A stretch of 64,000 nt of DNA from a virus (IMGVR_UViG_3300042397_003635); one strand, 5' to 3'; shown: positions 1-9,712, counted from the stretch's first letter. Notes: generated from the sequence alone by a model not told the origin. Made by a program: numbers and translations.

Positions 1-453
1 ATAGGTAGAATCTGCTCCAGCTTTATGGATGTTAATACCAAAAATACCTTCTTGAATTTTGTTTTCATCGTATTCTAGATCTTTGTCTGCATCACGATAT
101 ACTTTTACAGGTTTTTGTTGCTTAAGAGCTTCATATTTACCTTGGTGTAAACCTAGTGTATGCGAACCTCTATATTGACCTTCAACAAGTCTAGCAACTC
201 CTGCTGCATTATGGTATTCCATAACACCCTTTTTACCTGGATCGGTTGTGGCCATCCAGCAATGAGATTTCCATTCGCCTCCTAGTTTATAGGATACTGT
301 AATGCAATCATCGAATGCATTTGTAACTTTTTGACCAGTTGCTGAATTTCTAACTCCAACAATATTAAGATCATAGTCCTTTGCACCTTCAAACCAAACA
401 TATCCCTTTGATTTTACTGCATTTTCAATCTGTTCTCTAGTGTAACAACTCAT
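1..453 (-). CDS. Hypothetical protein, partial (runs off window); possibly YkuD/L,D-transpeptidase-like cell-wall enzyme
   Basis: ATG at 453; open frame MSCYTREQIENAVKSKGY...FGINIHKAGADST to the window edge; absent from ORF track; GxNIH motif resembles YkuD-like proteins but the catalytic Cys would lie outside the window. Confidence 0.5.
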   Translation of the reverse strand, partial: MSCYTREQIENAVKSKGYVWFEGAKDYDLNIVGVRNSATGQKVTNAFDDCITVSYKLGGEWKSHCWMATTDPGKKGVMEYHNAAGVARLVEGQYRGSHTLGLHQGKYEALKQQKPVKVYRDADKDLEYDENKIQEGIFGINIHKAGADSTY

Positions 454-472
454 AATTTAAAAAATTTTTTAT

Positions 473-1714
473 TTAAAACCAATTTTTAGGATTGGCTTTC
501 TTTGCAGCCTTTTCTAATTCCCTAGCGGCTTTATTTGCTGCATCTTCTGCCGCTCTTGCTGCTTGTTCAGCAGCTCTTTTAGTTTCTTCAGCTGCACGTT
601 GAGCTTCTGCTGCAGCAACTCTAGCTGCTTCGTCTGCTACTCTTTTAGCTTCAGCCGCTTGTCTTTCAATTTCTCTAGCTGCCGCTGCTGCTTGCTCATC
701 AGCAATACGTTTAGCTTCAGCTGCTTGTTTTCTAGCTTCTTCGGCTGCAGCCTTTGCAATACGATCCGCTTCTTCCGCGGCTCTTTGTGCTTCAGCTGCG
801 GCAAGTTCTGCTGCTTTCTTAGCTTCCTCAGCCGCGATTTCAGCTTGTTTATGAGCCTCTTCTGCTGCTGCTTTTGCAATTTCATCTGCATTATTTGCAA
901 GATCAATTGCTGGATTTAAGTCTAAATCAACATTAATATCAGCATCCAAACCTACTAATAAGGCGGCTTCTCCACTAATACCAATTGAAACTTCTCCATC
1001 ATTATATGTTGCATGAGCTTCACCTTCAACTCCAACCTGAACTCCGATACTTGCACCAACTTCAGCGCTTGCATCCGCATTACCAATTGGAGTATCAATA
1101 CCAGCAGATCCGCCAGCTTCAACTCCTGCTCCAGCTCCAGCCATTGCGCCACCACCTACGTCAACTCCATGCTCTCCAACTGAGGCATGTCCTTCAACTC
1201 CAGCATGTGCTTCAGCATAAGCTCCAGCATGACCTTCAGCGTCTGCTCCAACTTTAACTTCTCCAAGTGGAGTGTCTAATCCAGCTTCAGCATGGGCTTC
1301 AGCGCTAGCTTCAACTTCTACTCTAGCATCAACGCTAGCTCCAGCTTCGACTACTGCATCTGTTCCATTCCAACCTGCTTGGGCATGAGCTTCAGCATTT
1401 GCTTCTGCGCTTGCATGAGCCTCTGCATGAGCATCTGTTTCAGCTTCAACACTTACTCCTCCACCTAGTTCTTGACTAGCATGAGCTTCAGCGTTTGTTT
1501 CTGCTGATACTTCGGCACTTACGTGAGCCTCAGCTCCAGCATATGCCATTCCACCATCAATACCAGCTTCAGCACTTGCGCTTGCTTCAGCGTGTGCATC
1601 GTATGAGGCATCAGCGCTTGCGCCAACTTCTTCATTACCAGTTTGTGTAGATACTGAATCAGAAATTTCTACTGAAACTTCTGCCTCTACCTTAACTTCT
1701 TGAGTGTTTTCCAT
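473..1714 (-). CDS. Ala/Gly/Glu-rich repeat protein (AEAHA repeats plus C-terminal AEEAxK coiled coil)
   Basis: 413-aa ORF, co-oriented with neighbours; function unknown. Confidence 0.75.
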   Translation of the reverse strand: MENTQEVKVEAEVSVEISDSVSTQTGNEEVGASADASYDAHAEASASAEAGIDGGMAYAGAEAHVSAEVSAETNAEAHASQELGGGVSVEAETDAHAEAHASAEANAEAHAQAGWNGTDAVVEAGASVDARVEVEASAEAHAEAGLDTPLGEVKVGADAEGHAGAYAEAHAGVEGHASVGEHGVDVGGGAMAGAGAGVEAGGSAGIDTPIGNADASAEVGASIGVQVGVEGEAHATYNDGEVSIGISGEAALLVGLDADINVDLDLNPAIDLANNADEIAKAAAEEAHKQAEIAAEEAKKAAELAAAEAQRAAEEADRIAKAAAEEARKQAAEAKRIADEQAAAAAREIERQAAEAKRVADEAARVAAAEAQRAAEETKRAAEQAARAAEDAANKAARELEKAAKKANPKNWF

Positions 1715-1722
1715 TTTTTATA

Positions 1723-2007
1723 TTATTTGTTTTTTAACTCTTGAATTGCATCTTCAACATACTTATCGCGTTGATCCTGTAAATACTTGATTCGTTCTAA
1801 CATATCTTCCTTATCTTCCTTTGCTGTTTGTTGAATATAAGTTTTTTGTTCTTCGTACAGCTTTTGCCAATATGCAACACGCTCTTCCATCATTACGCCC
1901 TGATACCAAATAACACCTACCATCAATATAATAGTAAAGGATTGTTCCTTTAGCTTTGAAAAGAATGTATCAGCAAATCCACTAACTGGACTCTGGTTTT
2001 CTGCCAT
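1723..2007 (-). CDS. Small single-TM coiled-coil protein, holin/lysis-accessory candidate
   Basis: TM segment FTIILMVGVIWY then coiled coil; near endolysin; start at MAENQ avoids overlap with upstream gene. Confidence 0.55.
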   Translation of the reverse strand: MAENQSPVSGFADTFFSKLKEQSFTIILMVGVIWYQGVMMEERVAYWQKLYEEQKTYIQQTAKEDKEDMLERIKYLQDQRDKYVEDAIQELKNK

Positions 2008-2014
2008 TAGATTT

Positions 2015-2398
2015 TTATCTTTTTCCTTCATGAACCACCTTTAATCCATGGTTTCGGTCAATATACATGTATTCACATGACACTAAACCAAATTGTTCAA
2101 AGTGATCTAAAACTTCATCTGCTGAAAATTCAGAACAAGAGTAAATATCAAATTGAAAAAATGCTGGGTCGGCTTTATCCCAAACGTGAATGGCTGCATG
2201 TGATGTAGCTAAGGTAACTGTACCAGTAATACCTTCATTGCCAGGTTCATCTACATAAATTGAAGTTGGACCGGCTACAACAACCATTCTTACTTTTTTA
2301 ACAAGATCAGTTAGCCACTGATTTAAAATATCTTCATCTTTTGGAGGGTTTTGGATATAGCCTCTTACCAAAAGATGAAGATGATTAGGAGTGAACAT
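2015..2398 (-). CDS. speD: S-adenosylmethionine decarboxylase proenzyme (pyruvoyl, class 1B-like)
   Basis: HLHLLVRG...GITGTVTLATSHAAIHVW...FQFDIYSC matches SpeD/SpeH; cleavage motif TSH rather than ESH. Confidence 0.8.
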   Translation of the reverse strand: MFTPNHLHLLVRGYIQNPPKDEDILNQWLTDLVKKVRMVVVAGPTSIYVDEPGNEGITGTVTLATSHAAIHVWDKADPAFFQFDIYSCSEFSADEVLDHFEQFGLVSCEYMYIDRNHGLKVVHEGKR

Positions 2399-2416
2399 TT
2401 TAAAATTCCTCGAAAA

Positions 2417-3253
2417 TTATTTTAATAGATTGTAATATTCGTTAAAGTGTTTAATACGATCATCAAGACCAATTGTACCACCATTAACTCTTTTAGTTAC
2501 AGCAGTAACGGTTGCAGTATCTGCACCTTTATCGCAAATTGACCAAAGTTTATTTGAATCAAAAAAGAATGCTGCAGAAGCTAAAGGATATTTAGTTGCA
2601 ACTAGGTCTGGATTAGCTACAGTATCTTCACCAATAAACTTAGCGAAATTTGTGTAGTTTGATTTTCCAGTTAATTGAATATAACCACGACCGCGGAATT
2701 TGAAACCATCTTTAGATGCTTCATTACCATTACCCATACGATCTGCATAAACTCTTGAAGCAATTTTCTCAGGATTACGAGCATAAGACTCATTTAGGTT
2801 ACCTGGGAAATATTTACCAAAGATTTTTTTAAGACCATCTGCTGAATAATTAACATTTTCGCTAACGGCTTTAAATCCGCCACTTTCATGACCACACTGT
2901 GCTAAGAAGTGAGCTAAACGCAAAGGAGTAGTAATATTAAATTTAGCAGCAGTATCAGGAATTTGCGCAAGAACTGCATCTGGTACATGACCTTTAAGCG
3001 CAGCTAATTTAAAAGAAGATGGTGGAATTGCGGCAGCAGGGGCTGCAGCTACAGGAGCAGCTGATTCGCTAATACCTAATTTTGCAAGTGTAGCAGGTCC
3101 AGCAATACCATCAGCAGTAAGACCGTTTGCGGTTTGCCATGCTTTTAATTTTGCTTCTGTACCAGGACCAAATGATCCATCTGCACCCGCACCTAATTTT
3201 TCTTGAAGTTTTTTAACTAAGTCTCCGGTAGAACCGATTTTAAGTACTGACAT
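2417..3253 (-). CDS. Endolysin: PG-binding domain 1 plus GH19 lysozyme/chitinase domain
   Basis: N-terminal LQEKLG..ADGSFGPGTEAKLKAWQ..NGL.ADGIAGP.T; C-terminal HFLAQCGHESGGF and FRGRGYIQLTGKSNY. Confidence 0.92.
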   Translation of the reverse strand: MSVLKIGSTGDLVKKLQEKLGAGADGSFGPGTEAKLKAWQTANGLTADGIAGPATLAKLGISESAAPVAAAPAAAIPPSSFKLAALKGHVPDAVLAQIPDTAAKFNITTPLRLAHFLAQCGHESGGFKAVSENVNYSADGLKKIFGKYFPGNLNESYARNPEKIASRVYADRMGNGNEASKDGFKFRGRGYIQLTGKSNYTNFAKFIGEDTVANPDLVATKYPLASAAFFFDSNKLWSICDKGADTATVTAVTKRVNGGTIGLDDRIKHFNEYYNLLK

Positions 3254-3264
3254 TTTGTTAAGTT

Positions 3265-3660
3265 TTATTTTTTAAAGAATAATTCAAAGATGATTCCAAT
3301 AAGTGCAGCGAAAATAATCCACATTGCTTTGTTAATACCGTCTTTCCACTTATTAACTTCATTAAGCACTTCAAACTTTTCGCGCATGCTTTTTTCATTA
3401 TCCTCTCTAAATTGAGTGTTTTTGTTTACTCTAACTACAACTCCTGTTTCAGGGTCAAGTAGGAGTTTTTTAATTTGACTAATGTCATCATGCAACTTTT
3501 CGTGAGATTCCTCAATTGCCTCAACCTTTTCTTGAATAATCTTTAGTTCACCATTGGGCATATGCTTACGGATATGGTCCAGTGCACCAAGGATTTCGTC
3601 CATCATTTGGCTAACCTCTTCGTTATTGCTTTTTCGACGTCTGATAGGCTGATCTGACAT
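3265..3660 (-). CDS. Coiled-coil protein with C-terminal TM helix, holin-like candidate
   Basis: C-terminal AMWIIFAALIGIIFELFF; immediately upstream of endolysin. Confidence 0.55.
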   Translation of the reverse strand: MSDQPIRRRKSNNEEVSQMMDEILGALDHIRKHMPNGELKIIQEKVEAIEESHEKLHDDISQIKKLLLDPETGVVVRVNKNTQFREDNEKSMREKFEVLNEVNKWKDGINKAMWIIFAALIGIIFELFFKK

Positions 3661-3681
3661 TTACCGTGTTCTAATTTTTTA

Positions 3682-3921
3682 TTAAGCTGTAGGTTCTTCT
3701 AGCATTTGAAGACCTTCTTCCCCTTGACCAGGTTCAACTGCAGGCTGTTCCATACTAGGTGCCATAGCTGGTTCAGCTTGAGGCATCATAGGCTCTTCCA
3801 TTGGTTGCTCTTGAGCAATTGGCATCTCTGGTTGCATCTCTGGTTGCATAGCTGGCATTGCATCAACTTGAGGTTGATCTTTTGCTACGAACTCATCGAA
3901 ACTCATGATACGATTATCCAT
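3682..3921 (-). CDS. Small acidic Pro/Met/Glu-rich protein with CTS-like N-terminus
   Basis: MDNRIMSFDEFV; TATAAATA 23 nt upstream. Confidence 0.65.
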   Translation of the reverse strand: MDNRIMSFDEFVAKDQPQVDAMPAMQPEMQPEMPIAQEQPMEEPMMPQAEPAMAPSMEQPAVEPGQGEEGLQMLEEPTA

Positions 3922-3969
3922 TGTTTTTCGGTTTTATTTTTGTTATTTATACGCCAGGAAAAAAGAAAA

Positions 3970-3987
3970 AGGGCCGAAAGGCCCTTT
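3970..3987 (-). terminator. Intrinsic terminator hairpin
   Basis: AGGGCC-GAAA-GGCCCT followed on the minus strand by a long T run. Confidence 0.75.
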
Positions 3988-4010
3988 AAAAAATGTTGAT
4001 TTGCGTAATA

Positions 4011-4394
4011 TTAGAATCCTTGTTCACGACGTAATTGAGCTTCGTCATGATCCATTTGAATTTTAGTCATTCTGTCCATTTCCTCATCACTAATAGATTT
4101 ATTAAATACAATCCTAGGGTACCAATATCTATCATCATCACTATCAAATTCATTATATGATTGATCTTTGTCAACTGAATATCCTTGAGATTCAACCCAT
4201 TGCATCATTTGCGAAAATTCTTCAGGATGAATATCGCCTCTAACCTGAATAGTAATTTTACCATGAGTAGAATACGTATCAGAGTAAGCTCTAACACCAA
4301 ATTGCTCACTAAAGTCCTTACCTAATTGTTCTTCTTGATATTCTCCATATGATTCGGTGATATATTGACCAAATGGCTTAATATGTTTTGACAT
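4011..4394 (-). CDS. Hypothetical protein with CTS-like N-terminus
   Basis: MSKHIKPFGQYITE; GATAAATA upstream. Confidence 0.7.
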   Translation of the reverse strand: MSKHIKPFGQYITESYGEYQEEQLGKDFSEQFGVRAYSDTYSTHGKITIQVRGDIHPEEFSQMMQWVESQGYSVDKDQSYNEFDSDDDRYWYPRIVFNKSISDEEMDRMTKIQMDHDEAQLRREQGF

Positions 4395-4459
4395 TATTTA
4401 AAAATAATTTTTATTATTTATCTGAAAAGAAAAAAGGAGAATCTTTCGATTCTCCTTTG

Positions 4460-4544
4460 CGGAGGCGGTAGGATTCGAACCTACGGTACCTTGCGGTACA
4501 ACAGTTTTCAAGACTGCCGCGATCGACCACTCTGCCACACCTCC
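4460..4544 (-). tRNA. trnS: tRNA-Ser(TGA)
   Basis: Cloverleaf GGAGGTG.., loop CTTGAAA, long variable arm, TTCGAAT T-loop. Confidence 0.95.
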
Positions 4545-4557
4545 AATTAAATATAAC

Positions 4558-4785
4558 TTACCTATTTACTATCATTTCATGCATTCGGTTAAGATCAGAG
4601 TTATCATATATTAGGATCTTTTCATCTCCAACTCGACCGACTGCCCTTAATCCGCAACCTTCACAAATAATTCCGTCTTGATAGTGTTCATCCATCAGAC
4701 TACCAAAAATTTGATCTGTGTCGATGTCTGGTGGAAACTCATCTCCCCACATTTCAGGGGCGCATTTGTCACAAAATTCTGCCAT
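4558..4785 (-). CDS. Small hypothetical protein with two CxxC motifs
   Basis: CDKC...CEGC. Confidence 0.6.
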   Translation of the reverse strand: MAEFCDKCAPEMWGDEFPPDIDTDQIFGSLMDEHYQDGIICEGCGLRAVGRVGDEKILIYDNSDLNRMHEMIVNR

Positions 4786-4889
4786 AGTTTAAAATTTACC
4801 CCATTGGGATTTATGTCTATTTTCTTCAGCTATCTTGAATCCAAGTAGAATCTCTTTAACAATAGCTTTAATTTTAGTTATTATATTTT

Positions 4890-5963
4890 TCATAATAGGT
4901 GTGGTTTGGCTTCTGTTTGACCAGCATTAGTTATTTGTACCCATTTTGGATGGAAAGTTGCAAGTGATTCTGCACCGGCATAGGATAGAGCAGATTTTAC
5001 TCCATCAATTAGGCCTTCTACAATAAATTTAACTCCACCTTTAAATGGAACAATAGTTGATTCGCCTTCAACATTACGTTGAGCTTGACCGTGAACGGTT
5101 TTAGTTTCTAATGAGGCTGCTCCTCTATACCGCTTATACAAACCAGTTGACTTTTCAACAATTTGACCTGGACTTTCTGAAGTTCCAGCTAGGAGAGAGC
5201 CTAACATTACTGTACTTGCGCCTAGTGCTAGGGCTTTTGCAATATCTCCACTAGTTTTAATTCCGCCATCTGCCATTACTGGAGTTTTTGCAACTGCAAC
5301 AATATCATTAACACAGGTTACGTTTGGAATTCCAAATCCAGTTTTAATTCGCGTTGTGCAAAGGGATCCTCCACCAATTCCAACCCGTAAACCATCTGCT
5401 CCCCATGATTCTAAATCTTGAGCTGCTTCTGCAGTTGCAATATTTCCTGCAATAATATCAACATGTTCGGGTAAATTTTCTTTACACCATTCAATCATGG
5501 CTTTTACATTTTTGTGATGCCCGTGTGCAACATCAATTAAGAGGATATTTGCACCAGCTTCCACTAGTGCTTTAGCTCTATCCATATCGCTTGCCATTAC
5601 TCCGATTGCTGCCATAATTGGAACCTGTTTAATTTCAGCGTGCCAATCATCATACATAATTCCCCAATCTTCGTATGGTCCACCAAATCCATCACCATAA
5701 ATTTTATGACTTAGTAGTTTAACCTGTTTAGCCTGCTCTTCAATTGGCATAAATCTGTGAATACAGCCGACTCCTCCTAAAAGAAACATTCTAAATGCCA
5801 TTTCCAATTCGCACACAGTGTCCATTGGCGACGCAACTAGAGGTCGCATTAAACCATAGCGGCGACTTACTAGAGTTTGTAAGTTAATGTTTTGACGACT
5901 TGAAACCTCTGAATAACCAGGTACAAGTTGAATATCGTCATATGTAAGGGCAATATTATTCAT
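4890..5963 (-). CDS. guaB: IMP dehydrogenase / GMP reductase family, CBS-less
   Basis: LTYDDI, ASPMDTV, IDVAHGH, IIAGNIAT, RVGIGGGSLCTTR (catalytic Cys), MADGGI, YRGAAS; likely start MNNIAL; IMPDH vs GMPR not separable by eye. Confidence 0.88.
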   Translation of the reverse strand: MNNIALTYDDIQLVPGYSEVSSRQNINLQTLVSRRYGLMRPLVASPMDTVCELEMAFRMFLLGGVGCIHRFMPIEEQAKQVKLLSHKIYGDGFGGPYEDWGIMYDDWHAEIKQVPIMAAIGVMASDMDRAKALVEAGANILLIDVAHGHHKNVKAMIEWCKENLPEHVDIIAGNIATAEAAQDLESWGADGLRVGIGGGSLCTTRIKTGFGIPNVTCVNDIVAVAKTPVMADGGIKTSGDIAKALALGASTVMLGSLLAGTSESPGQIVEKSTGLYKRYRGAASLETKTVHGQAQRNVEGESTIVPFKGGVKFIVEGLIDGVKSALSYAGAESLATFHPKWVQITNAGQTEAKPHLL

Positions 5964-6693
5964 TATCTGTAAATTTAATAAAGGTGATTTCATTTGTTTT
6001 AGGATCCCAGTCAAATGTTACTGGTTTATTAACATATTCGTAATATTCATTCAAGATTGATGCATTAAACCAGTGAGTATGTCCATCAAACTTGTAACCA
6101 AATCCTCCATGGATATGACCACACACATGAATTTTAGGTTTACGTTCAGCTGAGTCTATATGATTTCTCAATAGAGGACACCCTAAATTTGGTTCATTAT
6201 ATGGAGGCCCACTCGTATCTAAATGACCTTGAGCTGGACCATGTGTAACCAAAATATCAGTATCTGCTGGAATTGCTGCCCATTTAGCAGCTAACTCTTC
6301 TCCTTGACGAGGAAGATTAAATGCCCAGTGATGGAATTCTGGTTGCCATGGACTTCCATAGATTTTTGCAGTGTTTACATTTGGATCATGTGGATCCGCA
6401 TCTCCAACAATAAGCCAATCGTCTTGCAAATAATCAATCCACTTATAAGAGCGAACAATCTCCATTGATTTTTCTGGAAAATCTTCAAACATTCTGTCAT
6501 GATTTCCTGCAATAAACACCTTATGGTCGTATTGGTCTAACCCATCAAACCATTTACAAAAGCTCACAATGTCAACTGGATTTCTTCCAGAGTTCATGAT
6601 ATCTCCTGCATGGATTAATAGATCTCCACCTGGTAAATCATAAGTTACCGCATTGTGCTTTGTGTGCGTGTCGCTAATTAGTGTAATTCTCAT
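5956..6693 (-). CDS. Calcineurin-like metallophosphoesterase
   Basis: SDTH, HAGD, AGNHD, THGP, GHIH motifs. Confidence 0.9.
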   Translation of the reverse strand: MRITLISDTHTKHNAVTYDLPGGDLLIHAGDIMNSGRNPVDIVSFCKWFDGLDQYDHKVFIAGNHDRMFEDFPEKSMEIVRSYKWIDYLQDDWLIVGDADPHDPNVNTAKIYGSPWQPEFHHWAFNLPRQGEELAAKWAAIPADTDILVTHGPAQGHLDTSGPPYNEPNLGCPLLRNHIDSAERKPKIHVCGHIHGGFGYKFDGHTHWFNASILNEYYEYVNKPVTFDWDPKTNEITFIKFTDNE

Positions 6694-6787
6694 CGATTGA
6701 TTCTTTCTTATTTTTTACTTAATATTATTATACAAAAAAAGAGCAGTGTTTAGCTGCTCTTTCTTATATCTTCTATGTTTATTTAGG

Positions 6788-7345
6788 TTATCCCAATTCA
6801 TAAAATTTTTCAAGAGCTGCTTGTATTCTGTCCGAAATGGATGGATCAGCTTGTTCAGCAATATCTGCAAGAATTGCAATACCATTTACGACCTTTTCGT
6901 AACCTGGTAAATAGGTAACGTTTTTATCCTTTTTGTACATTCTTAATATATCAATTAGGGTATTTTCAATAAAACCTGCAATTGCTCCTGAATTAACGTT
7001 CATTGGGTCTTCTCCATCTGGAGAAATTATTTCAGCATATTGCCTAACTTCTTCTCCAATTTCTGCGATTTCTTCAGCATGAGATTTATTGTCATGGTAA
7101 ACATCTGCCTTTTTGGTTTTTGTAATAAGATCGATTGGAACTCTAACAATCTTTTTACTAGAATCTAGGAGTTCAATTTTTGCAAAATTTGCATCCATAT
7201 CAATAACTTGACCAGGTCCTCTGTAACTTGTTACATAGTCGCCAGGTTCGATTTCAGGATTTTCTTCATTTCTTTGAAACTCTGCATCTGGATCTTGCAT
7301 AAATCTATCAAGATCAAAGTCTTCGTATATCTTAATATATTTCAT
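6788..7345 (-). CDS. Hypothetical protein with CTS-like N-terminus
   Basis: MKYIKIYEDF; small SH3-like stretch (GDYVTSYRGPGQVID). Confidence 0.7.
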   Translation of the reverse strand: MKYIKIYEDFDLDRFMQDPDAEFQRNEENPEIEPGDYVTSYRGPGQVIDMDANFAKIELLDSSKKIVRVPIDLITKTKKADVYHDNKSHAEEIAEIGEEVRQYAEIISPDGEDPMNVNSGAIAGFIENTLIDILRMYKKDKNVTYLPGYEKVVNGIAILADIAEQADPSISDRIQAALEKFYELG

Positions 7346-7745
7346 CGTACTTAATAACTAATTCTCCAAAAACTTCAATTTTTCCAACCAATTTTTGGAA
7401 AGCAGTTTGGTCAATTTTAACAGAACTTCTAGTTAAATAGAGCTCCTCAACTAATTGATTATACTCTTTAACTGCTGAATCGCGATCTGCTTTAGTCCAG
7501 CCCTTCATCGCCTTTTTGTAATATGGTAATTTAACAACAAAGTGGTGGTGAGTTAGCATAGCATTTCCGCCTCTTTCCTTTGCGCCTTCTGCTATTTTAG
7601 TAGCGCCCATTAGTCGAGATTCGCTAAACTCTTTAAATTTTTGGTCCAATGCTTCAGTTGAGTTAACTTTAGGTTTTTCTTCAGCCTTAGCTTCAAGTTT
7701 AGCCTCATTAATAAATTCGCTAAACGTGTTAATTTGGTTCTTCAT
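7332..7745 (-). CDS. Hypothetical protein with CTS-like N-terminus
   Basis: MKNQINTFSEFINEA; GATAAATA just upstream. Confidence 0.7.
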   Translation of the reverse strand: MKNQINTFSEFINEAKLEAKAEEKPKVNSTEALDQKFKEFSESRLMGATKIAEGAKERGGNAMLTHHHFVVKLPYYKKAMKGWTKADRDSAVKEYNQLVEELYLTRSSVKIDQTAFQKLVGKIEVFGELVIKYDEIY

Positions 7746-7795
7746 GTAGTTATTTATCTAAAACAAAAAAGGACTGAATTACTTCAGTCCAATTG

Positions 7796-7877
7796 TACCC
7801 CCTAAGAGACTCGAACTCTTACACCTTTCGGCACTAGATCCTAAGTCTAGCGTGTCTACCAATTCCACCAAAGGGGC
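7796..7877 (-). tRNA. trnL: tRNA-Leu(TAG)
   Basis: Loop CTTAGGA, long variable arm, canonical T-arm. Confidence 0.95.
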
Positions 7878-7882
7878 AGGAA

Positions 7883-8140
7883 TTATTTCTTATATTTTAT
7901 AATTTTAATTTGAATACTATCTCCCACTCTAACTGCGTTTCTGGATGTGTAGATTCGACCACAATCTAATTTAACTCTCCATTCTGGATCAGTTTGTAGT
8001 GTGTGTTTTTCTCCAACTTGAAAATACTCGACTTCAGTTGCAACGCAAGTTTGTTCTGTTACTTCACCAATTACTTCGCTTCCGCAACTCGTAATTAAGC
8101 CTGTAAAAATTAAACCAATTATAAAATATATCTTTTTCAT
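7883..8140 (-). CDS. Small lipoprotein
   Basis: MKKIYFIIGLIFTGLITS-C lipobox; track start (8167) overlaps tRNA-Arg so moved to 8140. Confidence 0.65.
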   Translation of the reverse strand: MKKIYFIIGLIFTGLITSCGSEVIGEVTEQTCVATEVEYFQVGEKHTLQTDPEWRVKLDCGRIYTSRNAVRVGDSIQIKIIKYKK

Positions 8141-8152
8141 ATCTAAATTTTG

Positions 8153-8227
8153 TGGTAGTCCCGCCAAGAATCGAACTTGGATCCACTGCTTAGAAGGCAG
8201 TTGTTCTATCCGTTGAACTACAGGACC
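8153..8227 (-). tRNA. trnR: tRNA-Arg(TCT), CCA encoded
   Basis: Loop CTTCTAA, canonical cloverleaf. Confidence 0.95.
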
Positions 8228-8233
8228 ATGCGT

Positions 8234-8422
8234 TTATTGATTTTTATTTAAGTCTCTCCATAGCTTGTCGCTATACAAATTAACTAAAATAAACAGTGTC
8301 CACCATCTAACATCAATGATATCCAACATGCTCTTATCAAATGCTGCAATTGCAAGAACCACCATGAGTAGTAAGTTAATTACAACTTGCATCCAAATTA
8401 AAAATTTACTTGTCTTTTCCAT
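8234..8422 (-). CDS. Small two-TM membrane protein
   Basis: Two hydrophobic segments in 62 aa. Confidence 0.55.
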   Translation of the reverse strand: MEKTSKFLIWMQVVINLLLMVVLAIAAFDKSMLDIIDVRWWTLFILVNLYSDKLWRDLNKNQ

Positions 8423-8443
8423 AATTATATTATACCTAAAATT

Positions 8444-8520
8444 TGGTCGGGATGGCAGGATTCGAACCTACGGCCTCCTGCTCCCAAAGCAGGCGCGATA
8501 CCGGACTACGCTACATCCCG
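8444..8520 (-). tRNA. trnP: tRNA-Pro(TGG), CCA encoded
   Basis: CGGGATG acceptor, loop TTTGGGA. Confidence 0.95.
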
Positions 8521-8543
8521 AGTAGCTAAAACTATTTTACTAA

Positions 8544-8846
8544 TTAGCTATTAATTAGTGTATTCTCTTTTTGTGACTTTGAACCTGTCAATCCTAATTT
8601 TTTATCAAGTCTTGAATCAGTGTAGGATTTGCACTCTAATTCGACCCTTTTTATTTCTAATTCTAAATCGGTTCTCCATATCTGGAGATCTTGGTGGTAA
8701 TCTCGATTTGTTTGATCGAGACCTTGGTGCAGATTTTCAATCTGCTTTGCTTGTCTGTTAACCTTAAGCAAACCAATAACAACTACTACTGCAAATGCAA
8801 TAGCAACCATCGTTAGCATACCTAAAGCGAATGAAGTTAATTCCAT
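8544..8846 (-). CDS. N-terminal TM plus coiled-coil protein
   Basis: Hydrophobic N-terminus then heptads. Confidence 0.6.
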   Translation of the reverse strand: MELTSFALGMLTMVAIAFAVVVVIGLLKVNRQAKQIENLHQGLDQTNRDYHQDLQIWRTDLELEIKRVELECKSYTDSRLDKKLGLTGSKSQKENTLINS

Positions 8847-8907
8847 TGTTTTAAGATTATTTTGTGTCTTAGCTACAATGGTCTTATACTACAGAAAAAA
8901 GAATGGA

Positions 8908-9144
8908 TTAATCGAGATGAAAATAGATCTCAGCCAGTGGATAGAGTTTTTCACTGGGGCTTTTAACTGATACTTGCGGTCGATAAACTCTAGTGTTTGT
9001 TTTCCTGTGGTTTTTTGCCATCCAGATTGTTACAAACTCTTTTACAGTATCTTCTACCTCTTCACCTCTAGAATTTACCATAGTAAATCTCTTGCCGATA
9101 TAAGTATCGTCAATTGTAACAGGTGATTTTAGTAGTGTCGACAT
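8908..9144 (-). CDS. Hypothetical protein
   Basis: ORF co-oriented with neighbours. Confidence 0.55.
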   Translation of the reverse strand: MSTLLKSPVTIDDTYIGKRFTMVNSRGEEVEDTVKEFVTIWMAKNHRKTNTRVYRPQVSVKSPSEKLYPLAEIYFHLD

Positions 9145-9230
9145 GGTAGCAGTTGTTAATTTTAGTTATTTAACAAAGCCGCCACAAAAAGTTTTTAAAA
9201 AATGAAATATTTTGTGAAAATAACATTAAA

Positions 9231-9695
9231 TTAATCTTGAAGTCGCCCTGCTCCTTTGTACGCAGCCTTATATCGAGGTTCCATTAGCGAACTTACTTTA
9301 ACGCCTTCTGCCCTATTTGCTGCATGAACAAACATAGTTTCTCCGATATAAGTTCCGCAGTGCCAACCCGATGGAGATTGACTGCTTCTAAAAAATACGA
9401 GGTCTCCTATTTCAAGGCTGTCCCTTTTAATTCGGATAGTTTGATTCCATTGTTTATAACAGACTCCTTCTAGTTTAACTTCATAAACATCTTGATATAG
9501 TCTTTTATTAAACTGTGAACAGTCGATTCCATATTCAGTCGAACCACCGAGTTTATAAGGTTTACCAATCCAGTGAATAATAAAACTATTAAGCGTAGAG
9601 TCTTTAGTGAAAGGGGGAACCTCTATTAAATCCTGGCCAAACCCTAATGACGATAGTGCAGTAAGAAATACTCCTACCACTAACAATTTTTTCAT
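9231..9695 (-). CDS. Exported NlpC/P60 peptidoglycan endopeptidase
   Basis: Signal peptide; WIGKPYKLGG, GIDCS (catalytic Cys), HCGTY, FVHA. Confidence 0.9.
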   Translation of the reverse strand: MKKLLVVGVFLTALSSLGFGQDLIEVPPFTKDSTLNSFIIHWIGKPYKLGGSTEYGIDCSQFNKRLYQDVYEVKLEGVCYKQWNQTIRIKRDSLEIGDLVFFRSSQSPSGWHCGTYIGETMFVHAANRAEGVKVSSLMEPRYKAAYKGAGRLQD

Positions 9696-9712
9696 AATTT
9701 TAATTTTTAATG

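Noticed and set aside
563-1257. Alternative-frame and antisense ORFs (563-919, 637-906, 955-1155, 985-1257)
   Set aside because: Shadows of the repetitive Ala-rich gene 473-1714; low-complexity products.
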